Source: Octopus sinensis
Taxonomy: Eukaryota
DNA: 64,000 nucleotides
Assembly: GCF_006345805.1 (NCBI RefSeq)
Contig: NC_043003.1
Location: 10,354,001 to 10,418,000, forward strand
Direction: 5' to 3'
Positions 38,764 to 52,712 of this stretch are shown here, piece after piece. Position numbers and translations under genes: made by a program. The stretch's first letter is position 1, and each line of letters opens with the position of its first letter. Under the pieces are notes generated by a model that was given only the letters and a program-made list of their open reading frames with translations, had not been told where the DNA came from and did no database searches.

Positions 38764-38799
38764 CTTTTACGTTTCGAGCCTACGCTCATCAACAGAAAG
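38764..38799 (-). ncRNA. Minimal type-I hammerhead motif, family B
   Basis: CUUU-CUGUUGA-U-GAGC-GUAG-GCUC-GAAAC-GUA/AAAG, in a ~130-bp element within (TA)n. Confidence 0.7.
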
Positions 38800-39087
38800 G
38801 AACACAGAAATATGCAGAGAGAGAGAGAAATATATATATATATATATATATAATAAATTTCTCTCTTAAAATTAACTAAATTAGCATAGAATAATGGTTT
38901 CATATATTTTTATAATTAAGATCTAAATTGTTAATATATGAATGGCGAAAGAGATAATTGATAACTGTAATTCTATTTTGGGCCACCCGGATATATATAT
39001 ATATATATATTATATAATTATATATATATATATATACAGATAGAGAGAGACATACACACACGTATTATATAGACAGACAGACCGACG

Positions 39088-39164
<77 letters not shown>

Positions 39165-39769
39165 CCGATGAGCTTCTACGCAGTTCCATCTGCTAAATTC
39201 ACTCACAAGACTTTAGTAAAAGACTCTTGACAAAGGTCCAACGCAGTGGTATTAAATTCGAAACGATGTGGCTGCGAAGCGATCTCCTTAACCACGCAGC
39301 ATACCTATGCCTATATCAGCCATTTTTAATGTAACCGTAGCTGTCATTGCTCCATAGCTGGTTGGAAAATTATTTTTCCATTAATACTAAAAATTCCTAA
39401 CTTTAATGGATATAGCGAATCAGTACGGAACCAATTCTCCCCGTGGTTCTGGGTGGTTTGTGCTGACCGAAGACTAAGCATTAGTAACAGTACTAGCATC
39501 AATAGCAATGGTATGAACTTGAAAATGTGTTGTACTAAAGCGATGCTGACATTTTAAAACTGACCGGATGTTACCGCTCTTCGAATGTTAACTTTAAGTC
39601 AGATACATGAAAATTAGAAAGAATTAAGCCGGTTTGTCCATAATACGGGCTTCTGACTGTCACACAAAAGAAAGTAGAGAGAGGAAGGACTCTCGCCTAG
39701 GTCTTTCTCATCCAAAATACTGAGAAGAGTTACAAGAATTACAGCTTGATAGAGTCAGTAGCAAAGTAT

Positions 39770-40517
39770 ATGTTTCAAGTTTTAGCACAAGGTCAGCAGT
39801 TTTGGGGCGGTTGTAAGTCGATTACAAGGGGCTAAACACAGATCGGACAAGCAAAGACAGACAAAGGGATTAAGTCGATTACATCGACTCCAGTGCTTAA
39901 CTCGTACTTATTTTATCTACCCCGAACGGATGAAAAGCAAAGTCGACCTCGGCGGAATTTGAACTCAGAGCGTAAAAACGGACGAGATGCCGCTAAACAT
40001 TTTGCCTGGCGTGTTAACGATTCTGCCAGCTCACCGCCTTGTCATCACCAAAATATAGAAACATGGATTGGTCTCAACTAATAAGCGTAAAGACTGGATT
40101 GAGGCGGATTTCGAAACACTCTTTATTCTTTTACTCTTTAACTTGTTTCAGTCATTTGAATGCGGCCATGCTGGAGCACCGCGTTTAGTCGAACAAATCG
40201 ACCCCAGGATTTATTCTTTGTAAGCCTAGTACTTATTCTATCGGTATCTTTTGCCGTACCGCTAAGTTACGGGGACGTAAACACACCAGCATCGGTTGTC
40301 AAGCGATGTTGGGGGGACAAACAGACACACAAACACACACATATATATATATATATATACGACGGGCTTCTTTCAGTTTCCATCTACCAAATCCACTCAC
40401 AAGGCTTTGGTCGGCCCGAGGCTATAGTAGAGGACACTTGCCCAAGGTGCTATGCAGTGGGACTGAACCTGGAACCATATGGTTGGTAAGCAAGCTACTT
40501 ACCACACAGCCACTCCT
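39770..40517 (-). mobile_element. Adjacent SINEs: S2 (39770-40040) and S1 (40100-40517)
   Basis: Family matches. Confidence 0.88.
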
Positions 40518-41508
40518 GTTCATTCTTTACTTAGAAACAGGATATAGAAATAATGTATAGGGAATAAGATTATAAAATAATAGACAATATATCTCCTGTG
40601 TCAAAATGATCTAAATATAACTAGATTGAAAGAAGTTCATGCTTTATTTGGTTTTGGATTTATCAGCGACACCCAAGAGGTATTTGGTTGCGGCTGGGAA
40701 TGGAAACCGGGTCACAGGATTTATTTACGGAAAACAGCAATCTACTTTAATGCACTTTCAATTAATCGATAATCATTATAAACAGAGTTAGCGCCGTTTC
40801 ATTGTACTTTGTTTTTTTATTCGGGTAAAAACACCAAAGATCACCATTTTTTGCCATATAACAACATCCAACCAAACTTTGATGGAAAGGGAAACTATAA
40901 TAAAAATAACGACATAATAGGAGAGAAAATAGACAAAAAAAGGAATTCTATAAAAACAAGCATAGAAATAAAGAAGCAAAAATATAGTGAATGGGGTAAA
41001 AAGAGAGAGAAGGGAGGGAAAAGAAATAAAAGAAAATGGCGGATAAATAACGAAAACAGAAAACTAGACAACAGAGAGACATGGCGGAATGTAATAAAAA
41101 AAATAATAATACGACGACGCGTAGATAGACAAGTAGAGATGAAAAGTAACGATTTGGTGAAGAAGGGAGTCTAATTGACACAGAAATAGAAAGAGATGCA
41201 GAGGAAACGGTAACCCTAATTCTAAAATACAGAAGCCAATGGGGGCAAAAGCCAGCAAAGCCAAAGAAATGGAAGAAGAGGCGGATTGATTGTGCTAACA
41301 AGACATTTAGTATTATCCATACGTACACATACGTGTTACATACATACATACATACATACGCTATTTACTTTTCTCTACCTCTTCTACTTTCTCCATCGCT
41401 CTCTCACGCACACTCACCTTCTATCTGTCTCCCTCTCCCTGTCTGCCTCTGTTGTGTGTATATCATATATTATATATATATGTATGTATGTATGTATCTA
41501 CGTATATA

Positions 41509-41544
<36 letters not shown>

Positions 41545-41655
41545 TGTATATACATATATATACATATATATATACATATATATATATGTGTGTATATATA
41601 TATACATACATATATATATATATATTATACTTATATATATGTAATATATATATAC

Positions 41656-41712
<57 letters not shown>

Positions 41713-42132
41713 ATACAGATATATAATATATATGTATATATACATATACGTATATACATATATATACATATATGTATATACATATACATATATATATAAT
41801 ATGCATATAAATACGGATATATATATATATTTGTAATATGTGTGTATATATATATATTTAGTGTATGTGTGTGTGATATGATAGTATTTATCAACATATG
41901 TGTATAAGCACACATGTACACACAGATATGTATATGTGTGTGTGTGTGTGTGTGCATGTTTACATGTATGTATGTGTATGCATATAAGCGTATGAGTATG
42001 TGTGTATGTACATCTATAAACATATTGTATGTAGGATACACAAAAATTGCAGACAAAAGGGGAAACGAGAGGGGGAGAAAGAGGGGGATATATAAATAGT
42101 GAGTCATCGACCTATCGACTATATACATGTGC

Positions 42133-42175
<43 letters not shown>

Positions 42176-43989
42176 ATATATATAGGGAGACCTATATACA
42201 TATATATATATGTGTGTGTGCGCCAGTGTGCGTAAGCGTGTGTGTGTGTGTGTGTGTATGCATATATGTATGTGTATGTATGTATGTATCTATGTACGTA
42301 ACGTCCCCTTTCGTGTGCATGTATATATATATGTATATATATGTATATACGAGTGTATGAGTGTGTTTCCTTCCGATTATCTTTAGATGTAAAAGTTAAA
42401 GACCAGAACCAAAACGCACACAAAATAGATCAACATCTAAGAATCTCTTTCTCATTCGTTAGTGATTATATTTAGGTCGATCTTGCTTACCATTTGACTT
42501 CCATCAGTAACACTGATCCGGCTATTGAATGGAACAATCTATTTATTGGACACTCAGGCCTTACACAGTATTTATTCACGGCTTCCATCTTGTTATTAAA
42601 CCTCAATACCACTCCAGCCTCTTTCTTTTATTTTTATTATATATTTCACGAAATTATTCCTAGTCGGTTGTCATAAGACAAGTCGGGAGTGTACTAAATA
42701 AATACCGCCGTCATGTGAAAGAGGGACTTAAAATAACAAACAATTTTTATATCAACAAACATTAAATGTGTACAGTGGTATTAGAGACACTTGTAATGTT
42801 ACTATGTCGGATAAAGACGATGATGGCGCTGGTTGTGGTACTGGTGGTGGAGGTGGGAATGATATTAAGGCACACATATATACATATATACATACATGCG
42901 TGTGTGTTTGTGTATGTATGTGTATGCATGTATACACAAATATATGTATATATACTTATATACATACAAATATATACTATGACCCCTTGTGTTTATGTGT
43001 ATGTACATACATACATGCGTGTATGTATGGACGGATGGAAGAATGTGTATGCATGTATATACAAATATATATATATATATACTTATATACATACAAATAT
43101 ATACTACGACCTTGTGTGTGTGTGTCTGTGTGTGTACGAATGATGAAACGTCATTATCGTTGGTTTGCCATAAATATAAATGTTTTAATTCATATTTTCT
43201 AATCGATTGATCGATTTATGCTGATGCAGACACCCCCCCCTCGCTAGTTGGAAACACTTTAGCCACCCACCCCCACTCTACATCGCCAGCTATATTGTTA
43301 TATTCTTAAAACTTCTTCTGTGATGGGTTCAAACGGTAACTTTTCCTCCAAGACGTATTACAATATCTAAATTGAAATCACATTGGTGTAAACATTGTAT
43401 GTCAACATATACCAGGCCTATATCTTGATTAAATTCGATTTGCTTTTGCGAGTGCGTAGAAAGGAGTTGGGGAGTATTTCACCTTTATTCGTGTTCTACA
43501 TTCATTTTGTGATTTATTAGAATATTTTGAAGGTGCCATACCTGGACTCACATCCTCCACGAGCCCTTGGACTCATAAGGCTGTAGCTTAAGTTAGCTTC
43601 CACAGCGTATAACTGATTGAGATTGCAACGCTCCCTCCTGAACTGGACGCTAGTCTGTCGTAGAGTTAATTCCCTAACTGCGGCTGCAACTTATTGATGG
43701 TGTTCAACAAGCCGAGGAAAAAGACTGCTGGTCGGAAGTAAGATTCAAAAATAAAGAGAAAAATAATAACGACTACCAGCCCAAAGTGAAATGAAACAAC
43801 GTGAAATGAAGTGTTTTGCTTCAGAGCACAGCGTATCGCCCTGTCACGAAATCGAAACTACGATCTTACGATCATGGGTACGATGCCCTAACAACCAGAC
43901 CATGCACCTTCACTTTGAAGGTATTATTTTAAATGTATTATAATTACATTATTTACATTTGACGTATATTTGTCCTCATCTTGTTTGTT

Positions 43990-44012
43990 GTTAACACAAC
44001 GTTTCGGCTGAT
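43990..44012 (-). ncRNA. Truncated hammerhead 3' half (family E)
   Basis: AUCAGCC-GAAAC-GUU/GUGUUAAC; the 5' half is replaced by (AAT)n. Confidence 0.4.
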
Positions 44013-44128
44013 GTTATTATTATTATCATTATTATTATCATTATTATTATTATTATTCAGATCACTGTCTGGAATCGAACTCGGAATCTTGGGGTTAGTA
44101 GCACGCGCTCTTAAACACTACGCCATAT
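44013..44128 (-). mobile_element. Short tRNA-derived SINE with (AAT)n tail
   Basis: TGGCGTAGTGTTTAAGAGCGCGTGCTACTAACCCCAAGATTCCGAGTTCGATTCCAG; A and B boxes; no acceptor stem. Confidence 0.65.
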
Positions 44129-44129
44129 T

Positions 44130-45060
44130 TTGAAACAATTTTTAAAATAATTTTTGAAAAAAATATTTTGGGAAATATTTATTTTTGTGAAAATGAATTC
44201 GGAGGACAAGTTTTCTAACCCTGATTAAGCTAGCCAAAGAGCAAGTGTAAAACAAGACAAAATGAACGAAAATGTGAACGAAAGCCACATAAATACAGTA
44301 AACGGAAAACAGGAACCAAGAAGGAAAAATAAATGCTGAGAACGATAAAATGAATACCGGAAAAGTAAACCGAACAGAAGACAACCAAAAGAAGATTAAT
44401 TTTGCCACTGCAGACGGTGTGAGAAAAGATAAATTGAACATAGAGCTAGATTCACTGCAGCAACACAGAGATATGTTCAAAAGGGAAGGGTTTGATGTTA
44501 AAGCCAACCTCCCTAACGAACTCATCGAAGAAGCAAAGAGGAAAATAACATATAAGACGATGATAATAAAGGTCGACTTTGCCTTTCATCATTTCAGGGT
44601 TGATAAATTAAGTACCAGTTGTCTACTGCGGTCGATCTAATCGACTGGCCTCTCCCCAAAAATTTCGGGCCTTGTGCCTAGATTAGAACAGAATATCTAA
44701 AAGCGCCAGTGATAAATGAAGCAAGATTAACTGTAATGCATCATTGTTGTGAAGAAATACAAGATTATTTCAACGAGGATCCAGAAGTTCTATTAGTTAG
44801 GGAAAGAAAAGTGGACAGAGTGTATTACGGCATAAGTCGTTGTTTAGCTCATAGTCAACTCTTTTTGCTGTTCAACCGTTGAAAACGGACGAATTATTTC
44901 CCGTCTTGCGAAGTTTCTGAATTCTTATGACGACAACAACGTTCATTTCTCGCTAGTAAGAACTAAGTTTCTAAAATAGATGGAGAAGTTAGGTGAATTA
45001 CTTTGGTCCAATGATAGTTCATCTGTCATGTTTATGGAAACTGTGGTGCGAATCCCACGA
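44130..45060 (+). mobile_element. Degraded coding-like remnant, possibly LINE ORF1, interrupted by an S2 fragment at 44570-44695
   Basis: Charged open frames on both sides of the SINE piece (ELIEEAKRKITYK / APVINEARLTVMHHCCEEIQDYFNEDPEV). Family not recognised. Confidence 0.3.
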
Positions 45061-45149
45061 TCAACCTTCGGGTTTTTTTACTTTTTCCTATCCAGAAGTG
45101 GGGTTTCTTAAAACAATAGTTACACGCTATTATTTATAGCTTTATAAGG

Positions 45150-45535
45150 CTGTGAGCTGGCAGAAACGGTAGCACGCCGGACGAAATGCTTAGCAGTATT
45201 GCGTCTGCCGCTACGTTCTGAGTTCAAATTCCGCCGAGGTCGACTTTACCTTTCATCCTTTCGGGGTCGATAAATTAAGTACCAGTTACGCACTGGAGTC
45301 GATGTAATCGACTTAATCCCTTTGTCTGTCTTTGTTTGTCCCCTCTATGTTTAGCCTCTTGTGGGCAATAAAGAATGAAGTATTTCGTCTGTATTTACGT
45401 TCTGAGTTCAACTTTCGCCTTTCGTCCTTTCGGGGTCGATAAATTAAGTACCAGTTGCATATTGGGATCGATGTAATCGACTGGCCCCCTTCCCAAACAT
45501 TTCGGCCCTTGTGCCTAGAGTAGAAAAGATTATTT
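45150..45535 (+). mobile_element. SINE family S2, head-to-tail dimer
   Basis: Full copy followed by a second unit restarting at GTATTTCGTC. Confidence 0.88.
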
Positions 45536-45714
45536 ATAGCTTAAAACTATATATACATGAGAAATATTTTTGAGTTTGAAAATGAGTCTGGGCCTTAAAA
45601 TGAATTGTAGCTTTTAATTATTATTTTTTTGCAAATTTATCAAAATACCATACCGGTTTCAACAATTTGTTGTAATCGTAATTAAAAAAAAAACACGATA
45701 GAACTTTGATCACA

Positions 45715-46030
45715 ATGAACAAATCATATGTGCAGGTTATCCAGCAAGAAATTTACACAACCGTCTTTCTGAGACTTTAGGTAACTGCCGTCATTGGATT
45801 ACACTGGAGAAAACGATACACATTGTGCTTGATGCAAGAAGCTTTTCTTTCCATCGGGTATCATTACAAACACAAGAAAACATTTTTGTTAAAAGTGAAA
45901 ATCCGTACATCCTTTGAAATCGCATTCCAGGACATATTCCAAAACGGGGAAAAAACGTTAGAAGCATTGTAAGAATAGGGCAGAGAAATATTTTGAAAAC
46001 ACATGTCATGTTTTTGATTTTTCAAAACAG
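45715..46030 (+). mobile_element. Possible old LINE (I/Nimb-like) C-terminal zinc-knuckle remnant
   Basis: ICAGYPARNLHNRL...NCRHWITLEKTIHIVLDARSFSFHR is loosely like TGH..LN.HL.R...C.HC...ET..H.L..C..F...R; one internal stop. Confidence 0.3.
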
Positions 46031-46239
46031 GTTATAGTTTCTTTCTTTTAAATTAAATATCGTTTATATATTCATAGATACACAGCGGGATGGCTTAAGT
46101 ATGTGCCGCCTGAGGCAGCACTTGAGTTTCCCTCCTATGGATTATAAAACAGTCCCAAATGTGCCGCCACAATAAACGTGTCTCCCTGGGCAGGCTGTCC
46201 ACTCTACACTCTCTCTAACTTCATTATTGTACATATGTA

Positions 46240-46549
46240 CATATAAGTGTGCATGCACATGTATATACTTATATATATATACATATATACATATACACAC
46301 ACAAATATGCATACATACATAAACATACACGTATAAACATACATACATACCTACACACACAAACACGCACACACACATGCACACATAAATACATACATAC
46401 ATACATACATACACGCATACACACATACATACACACACATACACACATAAATACAATCTATTCCTTTCTCTTTGATTTAGGCATGCTTAGGTTGCTGTTG
46501 TTGCTGTTGCGGCTGCTGCTGCTGCTGCTGCTGCAAATGTTGTTGCTGC

Positions 46550-46585
<36 letters not shown>

Positions 46586-47509
46586 GGTGGTGGTGGTGGT
46601 GGTGGTGGTGGTGGTGGTGGTGATGGTGGTGGTAATGGTGGTGATGGTGGTGGTGGTGGTGGTGGTGATGGTGGTGGTGGTGGTGGTGGTGGTGGTGGTG
46701 ATGGTGGTGGTGGTAATGGTAGTGATGGTGGTGGTGGTGGTGGTGCGAGTGAAGAATAACATCAGCAGCAATCAGTGATGACGACGATAGTTCTGATGAC
46801 GTTTTCTTCTTCACCTCTTTCTCCTTTTTCTTCTTTTGCTCCTCCTCCTTCTCCTCCGTCTTCTTCTTCTCCTCCTCCTCCTTCTTCTTCTCTTTCTTCT
46901 TCTCCTCCTCCTCCTTCTTAGCCTTCTTATTCTTCTACTTCTCCCTCTTCTTCTCCTTCTCCTCCTCCTCCGTTACCTTTTTCTTTTTTCTTCTTTTTCT
47001 TATCCTCCTTCTCCTTCTCCCCTTCTCCCCTTCTTATTCCTCTACTTCTACCCCTTCTTCTCCTTCTCTTCCTCCTCCTCCTCCTCCTCCTTTTTTTCTT
47101 CTTTTTTATCCTCCTTCTACTCCTCCTCCTCATTTTCCTTCGCCTACCCCTTCTTTTTATTCTCCTCTTACTCCTTTTTCTTCTTCTTCTTCTCCCCTTT
47201 CTCCCTCTGTTTCTTCTCCTCCTCCCTCCCCTCCTTCCCTCCTCCTCCTTCTTCTCGATTTTTGCGATGCTCTGGCAGAAGTTTACACGTTTAGAAAGCT
47301 TTTAACTCATTAGACATAACGATTTAAGGTGTGAAAAAAGAAACAGGATGATCAAATGCAAATTTTTAAAAACAAAAACAAACAATTGAAGAAAGGGGAA
47401 AGAAAGGTAATAGAATGAAGCACATATGTATATGTGTGTGTGTGTATATATATGTATATATGTATGTATGTATGCATTTATGTGTGGTAAATGTATGTAT
47501 GCATGTATA

Positions 47510-47567
<58 letters not shown>

Positions 47568-47953
47568 TAGACGTAGGTATGTATGCGTGGATGCATGTAT
47601 ATGTGTATATATATATATATGTATATGTATAGTTACATATACATATACACTTACACACACGCACACATATATGAATGTATATAATTGTGTATGTAGTTAT
47701 ACACACGTATTTGTATGTATGTATGTATGTATGTATGTATGTATGTGTGTGTGTATGTATACATGTATGCATGCATGCAAATATAAATGTACATATAATC
47801 ACATATAAATATATACATTCAAATCTACATACATGCACACACGAAAAGCAGCATTGATAGATAGATAGATAAATAGATAGATAGATAGATAGATAGAGAG
47901 ATAGATAGATAGATAGATAGATAGACGACAGACAGACAGATAGATAGAGAGAC

Positions 47954-47992
<39 letters not shown>

Positions 47993-48012
47993 CGACAGAC
48001 AGACAGACAGAC

Positions 48013-48047
<35 letters not shown>

Positions 48048-48067
48048 CGACAGACAGACAGACAGAC

Positions 48068-48126
<59 letters not shown>

Positions 48127-48280
48127 CGACAGACAGACAGATAGATAGAGAGACAGATAGATAGATAGACACAGAGATAAACAGACAGACAGGGACGTAG
48201 GGAGGTAGACAAGCAGGCAGACAGACAGACAGATAGACAGGCGGACAGACGGACAGACAGGCAGATAGACAGAGAGAATT

Positions 48281-48355
<75 letters not shown>

Positions 48356-48390
48356 AGAAAGAAGAAAGAAAGAGAAAAGAGAAAAAAAGG
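46240..48390. repeat. Compound microsatellite block
   Basis: (CATA)n, (GCT/GTT)n, (GGT/GAT)n, (CTT/CCT)n, (TA)n, (GATA/GACA)n and (GAAA)n in succession. Confidence 0.97.
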
Positions 48391-48452
48391 CATCAAGCAG
48401 GCAAACTTATAAACAGAAGTCTAGTTTGTAAATATAGTAGAAGAAAAAAAAA

Positions 48453-48493
48453 ATGGCGGCTTCGGTAATTGGTATGCAACATCGGATGATAGA
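48453..48493 (+). CDS. Candidate first coding exon MAASVIGMQHRMI(E/D)
   Basis: AAAATGGCGGC (Kozak/YY1-type start motif) in unique sequence, strong donor GA|gtgagt at 48494; alternative donors at 48465 and 48472. No downstream exon could be linked. Confidence 0.35.
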
Positions 48494-48860
48494 GTGAGTT
48501 TTGTCAAGCATCCAACAAGTTTATAACGATTAGCAAGTACGGTTGAAATGAAGACATGTTTTTAACATTTGTTTTGCCTCGTCTTGACGTTGCCAGTGTC
48601 CCGCGAGGCTACACAGGAAATGGTCCATATTCATCTATATTCATTTCCATTTGTACTTGTCTTTCTTCGAGGCATTAGATTAGATTAGATGTAGGCGTGT
48701 GTGGTGTGGGGTGTGGGGTGTGTGTTTGTTTGGCTTTTTTTTTTGCTGTTTGGTCTGTATTGTTGTTGTTGTTTTTTTTATTGATAAGTAGACGGAAAGA
48801 TAGTCGGACATATGTGCATATGACTGTGTGTATATCTGTATGCATCTCTCTCTATATATA

Positions 48861-48902
<42 letters not shown>

Positions 48903-49100
48903 CTTAGCGGTTCGACAAAAGAAACCGATAGAATAAGTACTAGGCTTACAAAGAATAAGTCCTGGGGTCGATTTGCTCAACTAAAAGGCGGTGCCCCAGT
49001 ATGGCCGCAGTCATATGACTGAAACAAGTAAAGGAGTTAAAGAGTATATATATATTTCATATACAGGCGCAGGAGTGGCTCTGTGGTAAGTAGCTTGCTT

Positions 49101-50580
49101 ATCGTGCATGCTTGTTGGTCGTTTTGCTTCAACACTTGAACAAGGAGGACATGAGCTAGTACTCTCCGTCCTAAAACTGAAAATTAAGAAGTCCGTTCGA
49201 GGTTGGTGATATTGTTTGTTTTGAGCTGGGCGTGATTTATTGTTTTGGAATTTTTTCCAGTAAATTTCGCCCAGCTCTGGAACAATTTCGCCTGCTCTCG
49301 GCGGCTATTGTGATTTTTGCTTGTTGAAAAAATGTTGGGAGCGTATCCCCGCCCAAAAATTGAAGTTTCTTCCAGTCATAGAATATTTTTGTGGCCCATT
49401 GTGGCGAAGATTCGTCTTCTGTGAATTTAAGATTCCAGCTCGGAGTACCAGCCAAAGAAGAGGGCTAGGAGTACCTGTGGCCGGAATTTTGTAGTTGCCA
49501 TTTGGAACCATATTTATATTTATATTTCTTTCGTGCTTTTCCTTCTGTTTTTTTTAACTGTCCTTTTTGTTTTCTTTGTCTTATTTTTTACTGTCTATTT
49601 TTTCGTTCGTATTTTTTTGTTTGTTTTTTCTTTTTCTTCATTTTTCTGGTGTATTTCTATTTTTGTGGACATTTGAACTTTCTTCCTTATGGCGATAAAG
49701 AATGGTGCCGCTGCTTTGGAGTAGGAGATTGTCCCACCCAAGCAGTGTTTAAAAGATATGGAGGAGAGGACAATGGTGGTTAGAACTTATTCTAAAGTTC
49801 TTGCCACCTCCCCTACCCGGTCAAAGGGAGAGGTGGATGTGATTGAGGAGGCTGAAGACTTCTCAACCCAAAAAGGATTAAAAAAGAAGAAGGTGGGCAA
49901 CAATAGTTGCCCGCGATGGACCCTAATGCTTCAGGAGGTGGAGGAGAGACTCCGGACAAAGCGGAAGAGCTCCACTCTCCCGAAGTCAGGAAGAAAAGAA
50001 AGAAAAGAAAGAAGAAGAACGGGTCATTGCAGATGGGAGATGATGTGCCGTTTGCATGTCCCGAATTTGTGCCATCCACGGTGGAAGAAACGACCCCCAC
50101 CCTTAAAGATGATCAATTAATTATCTTTTTCTACAAGGACGGGGAGGTGGAAAAAATAGTAGAAGACATAAAGAGACAGTAGATATGCCCTTCACACGGG
50201 ATCCCGAATGGCCTCCGCAGATAGCTGTGGAGGTCCTAAGGTTTCCCTTGTGGGAAAGGCTTAAAGGATTTGGGGGGGAGTGTCGCATATGGCCGGGTAG
50301 CCCTTACACCACTTACGTGTCCTACATGAGTGAGGCATGGGAAATAGCGGGATACAGGAACTCAAGCGGCATTGAAGATAATGATAGATATATTGATGGA
50401 CATATCGATGAGTAGGAGATGAAAAAGCCTCGTTAGAGAGTTTGAAACCTCATCCTATTGTATTATTTGTAGTGATTTATAACCTCAATTGTGTGTTTAA
50501 AAAAAACATGTTAAGTAAGAGGTTTTAGTGCCTCCTTCTTGTAAGAGGTTTGAAACCTCATATTGATTTTTAAAAAAAGA
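49101..50580 (+). mobile_element. Tx1/L1-like element: 5'UTR and degraded ORF1, no ORF2 visible
   Basis: GC-rich 5'UTR, T-rich linker, ORF1-like MEERTMVVRTYSKVLAT...KKKK / IFFYKDGEVEKI, then an A-rich end with repeated GTTTGAAACCTCAT. Abuts a truncated S1 head (49064-49100). Confidence 0.5.
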
Positions 50581-50709
50581 AAATATGTTTTCAAGAAAAA
50601 TCTAATCGGCGGGTGTTGGATTTCGAATCTCATTCATGCATTTTATTTCATTTTCATTCATTAATGTATTTGTCCATCCCGCAAAGCTAACCAATCTTTT
50701 TACAGTCTT

Positions 50710-51000
50710 CATGGTTAGAGCAGCGGACTCGCGGTCGAGGGATCGCGGGTTCGAATCTCAGACCGGGTGATGTGTGTATTTATGAGCGAAACACCTAAGC
50801 TCCACGCGGCTCCGGCAGAAGGTAATGGCGAACTTCTGCTGACTCTTTCGCCACAACTTTCTCTCTATCTTTCCTCCTGCATCTTGCAGTTCACTGCGAC
50901 GGACCGGCGTCCCGTCCAGGTGAGGAACCTATACACCAAGGAAACCGGGAAACCGGCCCTTATGAGCCAGGTGTGGTTCAAGAAGGAACAAACATATCAT
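50710..51000 (+). mobile_element. SINE family S3
   Basis: Family match. Confidence 0.88.
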
Positions 51001-51559
51001 TCTGTATATCTGTTTAGAAATTAATCTGCATAACTACATAGAAGTCTACGTATCTTTCTGCAATTCTGAATGTCTATGTCTTTCTTCTCGTGTAGGGGAA
51101 ATCTAAAGCAATTTGAATTTAACTTAAAAGATTGATGAACTTAAAATAATGGTTAATATTTGGTTTCAAATAAAACGGCGAGCTGGCAGAATCGTTAGCA
51201 CACCGGGCAAAATGCTTAGCAGTATTTCATCCGTGTTTACGTTCCGAGTTCAAATTCTGCCGGGATCGGCTTTATCTTTCGTCTTTATCGGGGTCGAGTT
51301 GATCACTAAGGACGAGGAAATTGACTTAACCTCTCCCACGGACTTGCTGGCCTTGTGCAAAAAATATGAAATTAATATTGGTTGGCTATTTTGTGGTGAA
51401 GGGGAATAAGTCGATTCATCGATCTGTGTTCAACTGGTATTTATTTTATCGATCCCCGAAAGGCGGTCTCGGCGGTATGTTTGTGGTCAACACTGAATAT
51501 TAAAAATTATTGATAAACAAATTTAGAATTATGGATTCTATATGAAGTATATAATTATA

Positions 51560-51970
51560 ATTTTCTTTACTACCCATAAGGGGCTAAACACAGTGGGGGC
51601 AAACAAGGACAGACAAACGGATTAAGCCGATTACATCGACCCCAGTGCGTAACTGGTACATAATTTATCGAAAGGATGAAAGGCAAAGTCAACCTCGGCG
51701 GAATTCGAACTCACAACGTAACGGCAAACGAAATACCTGTTTCTTTACTAACCACAAGGGGCTAAACACGGAGAGGACAAACAAGGACAGACAAACGGAT
51801 TAAGTCGATTATATCGAACCCAAGTACATAAGTGGTATTTATTTAATCGACCCCGAAAGGATGAAAGGCAAAGTCGACCTCGGCGGAATTTGAACTCAGA
51901 ATGTAGCGGCAGACGAAATACTGCTAAGCATTTCGCCCGGCGTGCTAACGTTTCTGCCAGCTCGCCGCCT
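51560..51970 (-). mobile_element. SINE family S2, head-to-tail dimer
   Basis: Junction on the plus strand GAAATACC|TGTTTCTTTACT. Confidence 0.9.
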
Positions 51971-52221
51971 TTGAAGTATATAATTATAATTAACGTATCA
52001 TGTAATTAAGAAGTTCACTTGGTAACCACGTGATTTCGGATTCAGACCCACTTCGTGACACCTTAGGCAAGTATATTCTATTATAACCCCAACCAATTAA
52101 TGACCTGTGTGTGACTTTGGTTGGTGGACACAGTGTGCAAGGCTATATGTATATATAAGTATTGTAGTTGTTTTTGTGTTTGTGATTGTCTCACACCTCT
52201 TGACAATCGGTGCTGGTTTGT

Positions 52222-52712
52222 TTATGTCCCCGACGACCTTGCAGAATGAATACTTAGGTGTTTCGCTCATAAACACACACATCGCCCAGTCTAAGATTGG
52301 AACCCGCGATCCCTCGACCGCGCGTCCGCTGTTCTAACTTGCAGAAAAAGTACTGTGGTCGATTTGTTCCTCTAAACCTTTCAAATTAAGTATGGAGGCG
52401 CAATGGCTCAGTGGTTAGGGCAGCGGACTCGCAGTCGGAGGATCGCGGTTTCGATTCCCAGACCGGGTGTTGTGTGTGTTTATTGAGCGAAAACACCTAA
52501 AGCTCCACGAGCCTCCGGTAGGGAGTAGTGGCGACCCCTGTTATATTCTTTCGTCCTAACTTTCTCTCAATCTTTCTTCCTGTTTCTTGAGTAACGCTGC
52601 GATGGACTGGCGTCCCGTCCAGCTGGAGGGGGGAACACATACGCCACAGAAACCGGGAAAACGGGCCCATGAGCCTGGCTAGGCTTGAAAAGGGCGCATA
52701 AATAAAAAATAA
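52222..52712. mobile_element. Divergent S3 copies: minus-strand head (52222-52338) and plus-strand copy (52393-52712)
   Basis: Family matches in opposite orientations, about 55 bp apart. Confidence 0.85.

Noticed and set aside
40780-40850. Possible HHR on the minus strand (GAAACGGCGCUA)
   Set aside because: No stem II or recognisable core; too degenerate, although the flanking sequence resembles a PLE 3' region.
45930-46010. KRG...GQR...IL similarity to the 4860 exon candidate
   Set aside because: Too short, on the opposite strand, and upstream alignment fails; probably chance.
46458-47294. Poly-His, poly-Thr, poly-Leu and poly-Val ORFs
   Set aside because: Translations of trinucleotide microsatellites, open in several frames on both strands, with no unique coding flank.
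16800-48400. Many YI/IY, HT, YVCM and YLSI ORFs, including 21049-21759 and 47533-48396
   Set aside because: Stop-free frames of (TA)n, (CA)n, (CATA)n and (GATA)n arrays.
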